From NCBI GenBank assembly GCA_047967505.1, contig CM106538.1: a DNA stretch of 64,000 nt. The stretch is one strand, 5' to 3'. Under the pieces are notes generated by a model. That model was not told the origin of the DNA. It worked only from the letters and a program-made list of their open reading frames with translations, and searched no databases. The stretch's first letter is position 1. Each line of letters starts with the position of its first letter. This DNA comes from Dipteris shenzhenensis (lineage: Eukaryota). Shown one piece after another: positions 13,120 to 24,767 of this stretch. A program made the translations under genes and the position numbers.

Positions 13120-13860
13120 CACGGGTCAACGTGTTAGTGCTATCCCGTCGACCCTTGCCATAGCCGTATCCCATCGGTCAAACCTCGTTGACCCGGTGCC
13201 ATAGCCGTATCCCGCCGACCTAACTTTTGACCATGGCCTAACCTGTCGCCTTGATTAAATGCATGTCATAGTTAATTATCCCGTCGACTTAAGAGTCGTT
13301 GACCCGTGGCCATAGCGTCTATCCCTATGACCGCCGTCGCTATAACATTATCCTGTCGATCGGTGTCTTTAGTCATCTCCACGTCTGTGGCCATATTTGT
13401 ATCCCGCCAATCCATATATCCCCCCAACCGGAGCGGTAAGCTTATCCCTCCGACCGCTGTTATCTTGCTATTGCCACGTCCATCGCTATAATTATTCTGT
13501 TGACTGACGCGTTAGTTAATATCCCACCAACCCCATTATCCCTCAGACCGTTTTCTTAAACTTATCCCTACATCCGCGGGGGTACCACCTGTGTCCTATC
13601 CCTCCGAACAAGTGGCACTATCTATCCCGCCGACCGGCGCATTACATCCTATCCCGTCGCCCGCTGCTTTATTGACATCCCGTTGATTGGTGCGTTACAT
13701 CCTAGCCCACTGCCCGCTGCTTTGCTAACATCCCACTGACCGGCGCATTACACCCTATCTCGTCACCCGTTGCTTTACTGACATCTTGCCGACCAGTGCA
13801 ATAACCTATCCCTACGACTGTCACCATAGAGCTATCCCTACAACCGTGGGGATACCTTTG
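13120..13860 (+). repeat. Degenerate tandem array of atccc(g/a)..gac motifs in the 5' UTR of element A
   Basis: Recurrent tatcccgtcgac / atcccgccgacc / atcccactgacc units at irregular spacing of roughly 25-40 bp. Confidence 0.7.
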
Positions 13861-14899
13861 CGGTAGTCCAGAATAAAAAAATTTCAAGAACTATAGTTCA
13901 GCATAAGTGTGCCTAGTTAGAGGTCTCATACATGCACTTGCGGTCCGGGAGAATTTTGTCCAAGGATCCTGCGCCGGAAGATAGTGCTTTGAGCTACGCC
14001 ACTCAGCCCACTTTTCGCCCTAGCTGGGCAGCCTGATTCGAAAGCTTGATTCCTAGCTCCCACTCGGTAATAGGACCCCGACATGAGAATCTATCTAGCT
14101 CCGACGAGACGGAGAGATTGGACGAGGTAATGCAAGACCCCTTGTGTAAAAGGGATTCCGAAGCCCCATTCACTAGTATGGCCTCTCCCAACTCTCCCAC
14201 ACCTTCTATAGCATCCAGGTTAAGAGGTACGTTCTCCAACATGTTCGGACGTTTAGGCCAAACAAAGTCGGCAGACATGGAGAACCCCTTCGCTAGCATG
14301 TTTGCAGGAAGGGAAGGTCAGCAACATCATGCTCCCAAAATGCAGATTGGGACGAAAACCACATTTGTGGACCCAGGACCCTCCTCCTTTGCAGGCACCC
14401 TCAATGGGAACACATGCATGATGAAGATCCATGGATGAGGGACTTCCAAGGGTAAGACCCCAACCGAGGGGATGCGAGAGGCTTCCAAGGAGGGGCATCT
14501 TATGAACCCCCAACAACCCATGTGCCACCAACTTTCATCAACTATGGGGCTCCACAGATTCCACCCTATCGCCCATTGCATGGAACCACCGTGCCGTGCC
14601 CATGCCCCATGACCCACTCCCACCTGGAGTATGGCCGTTTCCATCCATACCTTGGCGCATCCGTTCCAATGCCGGTACCAGCAATTACATGGATACCACC
14701 ACCAGGGCCAAGCTTAAGGCCACCCTTGCATCCCGTTAGGCCCACAGCGGCACCGCCCCCACTAGTTGCCCAAATAGTGTTAACTGATGAGGCAATGCGC
14801 ATCTTGGTGAATGCCCTATGAAGGGGGGCCACACCATCTCCACCCGCCCCAGTGTTTCCTGCAGGGATTACGAATCCCTCAAGGAGCCGACCCATAGCC

Positions 14900-16500
14900 A
14901 TCTCCAAGTTAATGATCAAATTCCTTGGGGAAGGAGACCCGGTCTCCCACGTGGAATGATTTGAGAAAATTTGTGATGCCTTTGGGGCTCCCAGGGATCT
15001 AGAAATGGCCAATGCGTTTGGTCTCAGTTTGGATGGCAAAGCAGGCCAATGGTATAGGGTTCTCACCTTGGAAGAAAAAGTCAATTAGGAGACGTTGAGA
15101 AAGGCCTTGATTATGGGGTTCGCCCCCAGTGGACATAAATGGAGCCCAATTAACTAGTTGTATGAGGTAAAGCAGAATGAAAAGGAATCCCTTTGGGATT
15201 ACATAGCCAGAATTAAGCACCTCAATGCCCGCTGCGAACCGTACGAGCGGATGAGCGACGAACGACTGTTGCCCCGCTTTCTCATCGGATTGGTAGACCC
15301 GAAGCTACACAACCACCTAATGGTGATGAATCCTACCTCCTTTGATCTATGCAGCAAGGTGGCTATCTGTATAAGCGACAATATGATGGACAAGGCTGAT
15401 GTAGATAAAACGCCGATTCCATCAGAAGTAGCTCCATCAGTTAGGTCTTCCAGTGTGGAAACGATCAAGAAGGAGACCAACGAGCCCAAGGGCTTGGATA
15501 TGAGTGAGTTGGCCTCCAATTTGCTAAATTAGATAGGCTAACAGTGGAGGTCAAGAACCTCCAAGGAGGTGCCAAGAAACCCTTAATTGTTTCCATGGAG
15601 AGACAATGTCTCGCGTGGGGTATGCAACGGCAACCATCCCTCCAATGAATGTTTGTATCACTTGAGGGCAAGGCCAACACTCTACTGTGCACACTATCAT
15701 TGGTGGGGAAACCATGATACCTCCCAAAGCCGATTTTTGAGGTCCCTACCCCAACCCATGTATCAAATGAGACCCCCATTAGCCATAACAGTCCCGCCTA
15801 GTCCTCTAAATACACAAGGTGGCCCTTTGGCTAGTTCAAGCCCAACCGGCTCCGTTACCACCACCCATACTGGGCCCTCAACCTCCACTACCACCACCCA
15901 TACTGGGCCCTCAACCTCCACTACCTCGTATAGCTCTAGTCAATAAAGTATTGGTAGAGGAAGTGCTCAATGACTGGGAGGAGACGGATCCAGATCATGG
16001 ACCCCTCGAGTACTACCCCTACGAGGAAGGAAGTGACACCCTAAGTCACTACCTCCTGCAGGAGGATCAGCAAGTCCTCATGTTCTAGACCTCTCCCATG
16101 AACTCAAGGGCTAGAGACCTAAACTCTGTCGCTCGAAGGCCCCCAATCCAATTCTATACTTGCCAGGGTCCCCACAGGGCAAGTAAATGCCCCTACAGAG
16201 GTACTTCGAACCCTCCGGTGTCATGCTTCAAGTGTCAGGGGCCGCATTTTTGAAGGACTACCTCTATAAGGATCTTACCCCCGTCGCTCTGACCACGACG
16301 AGCCCCACACCGTTGTGTGTAGGGTGTGGAATCGAGCATCCGTTCAAGGAATGTCCCTTAAGAAGATCGACAATCCTAGTCACCCCGCCTAAGAGCACCA
16401 GCCTTAGCTTGCTTAGTATCGAACAAGGCTAGGTGGCCGCAGTACCCTTAAAAGTCATCACAAGGATGCAAGCCAAAGCAATAGGTAAGGCAATGAGGAA
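14900..16500 (+). pseudogene. gag: gag of element A (retrotransposon gag domain plus several CCHC knuckles)
   Basis: KFLGEGDPVSH..FEKICDAFG, LDGKAGQWY, YEVKQNEKESLWDYIARIKHL; knuckles such as CVGCGIEHPFKECP. Confidence 0.75.
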
Positions 16501-17339
16501 ACTGGCAAAAGGAAAGATAAAGGGCCCCTACCGCAAGGCCCTGAGATCCCTCAACATCCGCGGACCCGGTTCAAGAAGGCCATAAGGGTAGGTGATGGGT
16601 ATGACGATGTGCTCATCCAAGATGGTTCCAATGAGGAGACAACTACCATCGCCACCTCCTCTGCCTCCAAATGCACTTCCACCCAGGGTGACCCAGAGTT
16701 ACTCCCGAGCTCAGAGGTAAACAAGCCAGAGTAGGTCCAAGGCCTAGCACCCCCGCCCTCCTATAAGGAAACCTATCCTGACCTGGTCCTAGAGAAGAAA
16801 TACGTAATAGAGGGTCAGAACTTGGTATACGGGACTGCCAGGAAAAGTTGGAGCATAGACTCAAGGCGAGCAGAGCGTCGGATACTATCCATCTAGCCCA
16901 CCTAACGAGCCACCGAGGGGAAAAAGTGCTCAAGGTGTTGGAAAAGGTGGAAGAAGAGGAATGTTTAAGCTTCGATTGCTCAGAGGCTCCGGATCTAATG
17001 AAGAAAATGTTCCATGAGGATCCAGTTTTGCAAAACCTTCAGGAAGATGGAGATCTTTATGGTTTCAAGGACCTGTTATCCATGGAAGGAGAGTCTTCAC
17101 AAGAACCCTGTGATAGTGCTGGGTTGGCTGCCTTCCTAAAATCGACTGAGGTAAAAATGCCGATTGCCTCCCTATGCTAAGAGGGAATCCCATCCTTTGG
17201 CACGACCTATCCAACTGGATGAATAGACCGTTCCTGTCCCCAGGCCCTGCCAGCCCTAAGGCCAACCAATTGTCGTCGAAAAAGGGGCAGAACTTACCCA
17301 AGGTTCCCATCAATAAGCTAGGCCAATACTTTGAGGGTG

Positions 17340-20300
17340 ATGAGTGATACAAACGCCACTATCCCCATAATCTATCAACACCAAAAGGTTGATGCCATCC
17401 TGGATGGGGGGTTGGGAGTGAGTGTGTGTACCAAGGAATGCTGGGTAAAGTGGGGAAAAACTGCACTTGAGCAAACCCATTTGGTAGTGAAGTTGGTTGA
17501 TGGTGGGACTGAAGAACCCTTGGGAGTCCTTACGAGCATTAAGATTAAAGTATTCGGATTCATGTACCTCGTTAGGTTCGTAGAGTCATGGACTTCACTC
17601 GGTAGTCGAGATATGAGGCTATCCTATGCAAACCCTTCTTACGAATGTTCGGGCTCGTGCACAACTGGCGTACTGATGATAACATCTATTTGCAACACGA
17701 GGAACAAATCATGTGAGTGGACTTGCACACCTACAAGGCCCATCAATTGTCAAGACACATTTTCGTCGTCGCAGAATTGACACAATCACCCAGACCACAT
17801 CCTTGAAGCTATCCCAACCCTGTGAAAAGGAAGAGGATGAAAAGGAGTTCGATGAATTCTGGTATGCACCTCTTCCCGAGCCTAAATTCTCTCAGAACTG
17901 GATGTACATCTTAGCCAACATTGATGTCCCAGAGAGAATAGGGTTCTAGATCACTACACCCGAGCTCGAGGGTCTACCCCAGTGGTCCCCTTTAGAATGT
18001 TTAACATGCTCAAACCTCGAGAGGTGAGCAAAGGAACAGTAAGGGTCAAATCAGGCTATCATACATAGGTGCCACTCTCGCTCACCATGAGTTCTCTTCC
18101 AACTGGGGAGCCTAGGTGAGTAAGATAATCTCCCCCGTCGGCTCTATAAGTGCAATGAAAGAGCCCCCTTCAGGTCCGAAACTCCCTTTATCCAAAAGCT
18201 CGGCTAAGGCCAAAAGGACCACTTCTCCTATAGAAAAGAGGAGGAGGTTGAAGAAAAGGAATACCCACGACAGGTACCAGCCCACTACAAGGCCTACATG
18301 ATCGAGGATCGCAAGATCTTATACCAACAGGCCAAGAGATCTCAGGAAGACGGGTGCTCCCAAGGATACCACGGGCCATCCCCGGTCAAGGACGTAAACC
18401 TAGCTCTGGAAGGGCAAGACTCCCAACCTGTATTTGTTGTCGACGATCTCACCCCCAATGAGGAGAATGCTTTGATAGCTCTCTTACAAGAATACAAGGA
18501 TTGCATGGCCTAGAAATACACCGATATGAAAGGGGTGCCTATTGAAGTAGTGCATCACAAAATCCCCATGCTAGATGATGCCAGGCTGGTACGTCAATGC
18601 CCCTACCCTATGAATCCCAAGTACGCACTCATAGTGAGGGAGGAAATCCAGAAACTCATAGATGCGGGATTCATCTATGAGATTGAGCATATGGATTGGG
18701 TGTCACCCATCGTGATAGTCTTGAAGAAAAATGGAAAAATTAGAGTATGCGTGGATTTGAAAAAAGTAACGTTGCCACTAGGCATCACTACCCCTTGCCA
18801 TTCACGAAACATGTCCTGGAAAGGGTAGCCGGAAAGGAAGCCTATAGCTTCCTAGATGAATTTTTTGGTTACAACCAAGTGTTTATCGCCCCGCAAGATC
18901 AACATAAAACAACCTTCGCAACCGAGTGGGGTGTATATGAGGCTAGGGTAACGATATTCGGATCGACCAATGCACCTGCCACCTTCCAATGGATGATGAT
19001 CATGGTATTCAAAGAGTACTTGAGAGACTTTGTAGAAGTCTTCTTGGATGACATACGCATGAACTCGATGTGGGATGATCACCTGAACTACCTCAGACTC
19101 GTTTTGGAGAAGTGCCGCTCTACCGCATATCCGTGAACCCTCTTAAGTGCCAATTCTGGGTCAAACATGGTGTAATTCTCAGCCACATAGTGTCCTGGAA
19201 TGGAATCTCTACGGACCACAACAAAATCAAAGTCATCTTGGAATTACCACCCCCCACCAAAGCCAAGGGAGTCCAATGATTTACTGGCCACATGGGCTAC
19301 TACAAAAGGTTCATCTTGTTCTATGCGAACATAGCCCGCCCATTATACAAACTGCTAGTATCCTTTGAGTGGACCAAGGAATGCCAGAAATCCTTTGAAA
19401 CCCTCAAACTAGCCCTAGCCACTGCACCAGTGTTGAGAGCATCGGACTAGAATATAATATTCCACGTCCATATCGATGCTTCCAACTTTGCTATCGGGTG
19501 TGTGCTAGCCCAACCAGGGGACCATAACCAAGACTACCTGGTGTACTTTGCGAGCTGCCAAAACTAAATGAGGCGAAGGTTAACTATACAACAATCAAGA
19601 GAGAAGGTCTGGCCATGGTCTATGCAGTCAAGAAGTTTAGGCACTACTTGTTAGCTAACAAGTTCGTCTTCTTCGTGGACCACCGAGCATTGTTATACTT
19701 GGTCAACAAGCCATGCATGACGGGATGCATCACCAGGTGGATGCCAATCCTCTTGGAGTTTGACTTCACAGTCACTGTATGTAAAGGGAAAACTCATGTC
19801 CTAGCTGACCACCTGTCGAGAATCCCAAACGACGAAGCCTCGATGGGAGTCGAAGATGATCTTCTTGACGCTTCCCTCTTCTTCATCGACATCATACCTG
19901 AATGGGCTGCCGAGATCGATCACTACCTGGCCAACGGCCTACCCCTTGGCCAAGCTCTTAAGAAACATAGAGCCCACAAACTCCTTAAGGATGCAGCACC
20001 GTATTAGCTAATTGCAGGCCAACTATTTTGCATGGGCAAGGATGGCATCTTGCGAAGATGTGTGTGCAAGCATGAATACATCGATGTGCTCAAGGAAGCC
20101 CACTTGGGAATTGCAGGAGGTAATTTTGTCGCTGATGTTATAGCATGTAACGTGCTTCAAGCTGGCCTACTCTCTTTGGAGATGCAGCCGAATTCATCAA
20201 GCGGTGTGACCCTGCCAGCGTGTCCAAATCCCACACAAGGTGGACATGATGCCCTTAACCGGAATCTTAGCTGATCAACCCTTCGAGAAATGGGGCATCG

Positions 20301-21140
20301 ATTTTATTGGACCCATAAGTCTAGCAGCTAAAGGAACTGGGGCCATATACATCATCTTGGCCATAGATTACTTCACCAAATGGGTAGAAGGGAGAGCCAC
20401 AATGAAGGCAGATGCAAGATCCATGGCCATATTCTTATATGAACAAGTTATCACACGGTTTGGATGTCCCTTAGAGTTAGTCAACGATCGAGGAACTCAT
20501 TTTCTCAACGAAACAATAGCAATCCTGACTAGTGAATTCATGATCACACATAGGAAGTCTAATGCTATACTACCCTAGGGCAAATGGCTTGGCTGAGAGC
20601 TCCAATAAAACTTGCTGCAAGATCATAACTTGTACAATAGAGGCCAGTTGTACTGACAGGGAGCATAAGCCCATTGCAATGTTACGGGCTATAGAATATC
20701 CTACAAGGTGGCCATGCACTATACCCCCTTCAGCCTAGCCTTGAGGGTGGAGGCAGTGATGGTGATGGAGTATGTAGTGCCTAACCTCCATCTTACCATC
20801 AAGGAAAGGCTTACAGAGAATGCATTGGCAGAATGATTAGTTGATCTTAAAAGGTTAGAAGAGACAAGGTTACATGCAGCCTACTCTCTCTGGGTGGAGA
20901 AGCCCAATGCAAAAAGTGGTTCGACCGCAACCTTAAGGACAAAGACCTCATAGAGGGAGATTTGGCACTCCTCTACAGCGTCCGCAATACCAAGCACAAG
21001 CTCAAGTACCGAGGTATGGGTCCCTACCACGTGGTTGAGATCACTCCATAAGGGGCGTGCCAAATAGCCACCCTTGATGGAACAAAAATGGATGGCTACC
21101 TTGGGAGCAAATTAAAAAGATACTATGGACCACTCACACT
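17340..21140 (+). pseudogene. pol: pol of element A: protease, RT, RNase H, integrase
   Basis: AP: VDAILDGG. RT: WVSPIVIVLKKNGKIRVCVD, HYPLPFTKHVLERVAGKEAYSFLD..GYNQ, VFLDDI. RNase H: IDASNFAIGCVLAQ, YAVKKFRHYLL. INT: WGIDFIGPI, IDYFTKWVE, NDRGTHF, and GPY near 21017. Confidence 0.9.
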
Positions 21141-21354
21141 GTCTACCCTTCAAGCCATCCATAGAGAAAAAGAACTCAAGCCCGAGGTAGTGAGGATGAA
21201 ATGCTAGGCCATCGAAGAAGCTAGAGCACATAACACTAAGCTCAGACAGTGTAAGCAAATGACACTACTTAAGGCAATGCTTGAATAGCCAGGACTAGAA
21301 GATGAGCTGACAATAGAACCAGCTGGGTTGCATGTTTAACTATAGGGCCTGCGC

Positions 21355-21640
21355 ATGCGCATTAGAGCACTCATGGATCTAGGAGCAAGCCACAACTTCA
21401 TCTCCCACGAGGTATTACCCCTAAACCTCACCGTCGCTTCAGTAAGGGCTATCAATGGCCAAGTCATAGGCACCTTAGGTTTTGTGAATTTAAGTCTAAC
21501 GATTGTTCGCCTGGCAGTAGAAATACACTTTTATGTTCTCCCCACAGAAGCAATTGACAAACAGATCATATTGGGAAGGACCTGGTGCTACACCATGAAT
21601 TGTCAAATCGACTGGCGTGCTCGGACTGGTTCGCCCACAA
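21355..21640 (+). pseudogene. Second retropepsin-like aspartic protease domain downstream of integrase
   Basis: RALMDLGASHNFISHE...INGQVIGTLG...FYVLP...IILGRTW matches the retroviral protease pattern (D-x-G-A active-site motif plus ILG-x-x-W). Confidence 0.75.
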
Positions 21641-22924
21641 ATGGTGGTAGAACTGCGGTAGTTCTGCTGTGTGGACCAAGTCTTACTCCTTCAGTTTCAC
21701 CCTCGTCGACCCATGACAAGGAAGTTCTACGGGAAGGCAGACTAGAAGCCCCATCCACCTCTAACCCCTCGAAAAGAGTCCAACCCTGAAGGGAGTAGAA
21801 GGCCAACTGCAATGGCAACCCGGTGCTATTGCCCATTTCACCACCATTGTCATCCTCCACTCAGAGTCGTGAACATCAAGTACAAGAGGCTATTCTCTAT
21901 GCTCAATGCTACTTCAACCAGAACCAACGACCAGTGGGCATCAAAGCAGCACAGGAGTCCCTAATCACTCCAGAGACGTCTCTGTCGAAAGCATCTGTGC
22001 CAAGAAGAAGGACACGCTACCATCTCATGCTTCAGACTCCAGGCTCCAATCCAACTCCTCAACCGCAATATCCCCCCAAACACTAGGTCCCCACCAAGCC
22101 CTTGGAAGACCGAGGCAAGCAGGTCGTCTAGGTGCCGAAGTTTAAGTTACAAACCACGAAGGTTCTGAAGGTAGCAAAATAAGAATCTGTGTCGACCCGA
22201 GATGCAGAACCACAAGAACCTACCTACGAACTGACTGCAACAAATCAGCCCCAGAATGCTGAACGTGCTCTATTACCACCACGAATTTTCCAACTCAACA
22301 CGAAGATAGCCGAAGGTAGGGAAGGAGCTACACAAGAACCGACCCCTACGATGCAGAGTGTTACGCAAGAACCTCCCTCCAAATCCAAAAGCGAACCCTT
22401 GAGGGTAATTGTGATTGTACGATCTCTAGTGGTGCCGTCCAACTCACGAGAGCAAAAGTGTACATCGAAGGCGGTCACCCAATCTCCCGCTTCTCCCGCG
22501 ACAAAGGACCATTCCGCGACGACTAGTCATAATGCTAATGTACCTCTAGCATCCAGGTAAGACACAAGCTGGACACATGCTCTACATGGCTTTTAACATG
22601 CTATGCGGCAGGATGGCATCCGTCTACACCGCATTCCTCATGATCATCAAGTCTAGGTCTAGGTGAGTCAGTACGGTAGGCATATCACCCGACGCACCTG
22701 TAGCCCACAAGTCACTATTGTACACATTACACACACAACACATCCATGGTCAGCACTAGGTGATTAGGGTCAGTACGTCTCTTTTGCATTTTTTTGCAAT
22801 CTTTGATGCTGACCTCACAATCCGTCCCACTCCTCACCGATACACCCCACCCGTTCCTTTCTCCCTCCCACCTTCCCATTCCTTCCCACTTTTCTTGTCT
22901 TTCCCTTTCCCTACTCTTCTCAGA

Positions 22925-23190
22925 GAGTATCCCGTCGACTATCGCCATCGAAAGATCCCGTTGACCATCGCCATAGAAAGATCCTGCTGACTATCACCAT
23001 CGAAAGATATTGCTAACCGTTGCCATCCAGAGATCTCGTTAATTATCACCATCCACATATCGGTCATGACCATAAATGTATTCCACCGACCGTCGCCATC
23101 TAGAGATCCCATCGATTGTCATCCCGCTGGCCATCACCATCCCCATATCCCATCAACCGTTGCCATCCCGTTGACTATGGGGATACAAAA
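22925..23190 (+). repeat. Degenerate ~28-bp tandem array in the 3' region of element A
   Basis: tatcccgtcgactatcgccatcgaaagatcccgttgaccatcgccatagaaagatcc... repeated; same core as the 5' UTR array. Confidence 0.7.
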
Positions 23191-23642
23191 ATCTACATAA
23201 AGGAGCCCTATCCCGCCAAGACATTGCCATAGCAGTTTTCCCCAGAGTCTCCCAAAATTTCATCAAAATTCTCACAACCCCCTGCCCTCTTCCTCAGCCA
23301 TCAGGAAGCCATCCAGCATAGTTAGTTTATGTCCTCCAACACTTCCTCTTCCACCAATTCCCTCGTCACTCAATTACCCTCACTCTTCCCCATGGATCCG
23401 AAAAATGAATTCTTCGAATTCGAGACAGAGCTGGGACTCCACCCCTGACCTCCGATTTTGTAGGCCACTGGTCTCTTTGACTCACAAAGCATGCCCTCAG
23501 CAACAATCCGCATGCCCTATGAATTCCCAATCAAGGATTTGCAAGGGGAGAAGGAAGTGTCTATGCGACAGGCCACCTAGGAGGTCCGACAATAGCAGGC
23601 ACGCCCCCCTCCTAGTGCCAGGTATTGGGGTGCGCTGCAAAA

Positions 23643-24767
23643 TTAGAGAGCCTTTGTGAGGCTTGGAGAGGCAGAGGTATCGGTGACAAAGGATGTGGTC
23701 TCTTGAGGATGGGGTGTTCCTGAGGTCGAGACCTGTGGCACACCGGGAGTTGGCGATGTGGCTTTGGCTCCTAGGTGGAGGCCAATGGTGACCGACTCGT
23801 CACCTGGGAGAGCATCGATAAATATGGGCTCCTGTTGAACCCTTTTGCCCTTGTCCTGAGGATCCACTCACTGGAGTCGTAGTTAACAACTCAAGAATTC
23901 CTGCATCTGTCGATCCTCATATTGTGCGAGCAATTGGCTTGGGTCCAATTGCGCAAGACGGCCGGCCGGGGGCCCTATTCTCACTCGCTTGGGCTTGACC
24001 TTTGCTTCATCTTGCTTCATTTGCATCGGTCTCATGGTAGACTTTTCGGCCAACCCGAGTGAACAGGCAGATGCTGCTGCAGCATGTGGTATAGAATTGG
24101 CATGTAGAGCATTGGGTTGCCGATGATCTCCCTGTGTGTTTTAGATCATCCCTCATTTGGTTGCAGAAATAATCTGCCCAATTTGTGACTTGGGGGTCCG
24201 CCAACCGCAATAAGATATCATGCATGATGGACTGATGGTGGTCTGTGTGCCTTACTTGCATTAGCCACTACAGGGCTCTTGCCGGTCTTTCCACCTCTGG
24301 CTTTATAATTTTGGTGAAGTGGATGCATCATTTTCTTTTCTTGTAGTCATAGTGGCAAACTTTGTTGAGGGCCTCCAGCTTCTTCTTCATTGCATACTTG
24401 TCATTGTTGATGACTAGCAGACCTAGGGTGGCTCGTACCACCTCTTGATTGAGGTGGTAGTAGTGGGGAGTGCCCGTTGCGTCTCGCAGGACACCCACAT
24501 TTGTATTCGAGTTGCAGGCCTGGAGGAACTCCCCTAAGAGCCTCATGTCTAAGTGGCATGGAAGGCGGCGCGGTCTGCCACTTTGCTCAGGCCTGCAACT
24601 GTTAGTGCTTCTTGCACCACTAGCTCCCTTAGTGCCGCATAAGGTATTGATGTGTGGTAGTGGAGGGTGTAATCATGACCCTCATAGGTGAAGTGGGAGT
24701 GAATGGCGCATGCATCTAATTCTTGGAGCCAAGCTTCCCCAAGTGGTGAGTGCTTTTGGGAGGGCAC
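23643..24767 (-). pseudogene. Antisense extra ORF of element A, interrupted by stops and frameshifts
   Basis: Consecutive minus-strand ORFs 24549-24767, 24328-24546 and 24007-24261 share one frame; protein-like text (LNQEVVRATLGL, NWADYFCNQMRDDLK) followed by 23643-23867. Confidence 0.5.
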
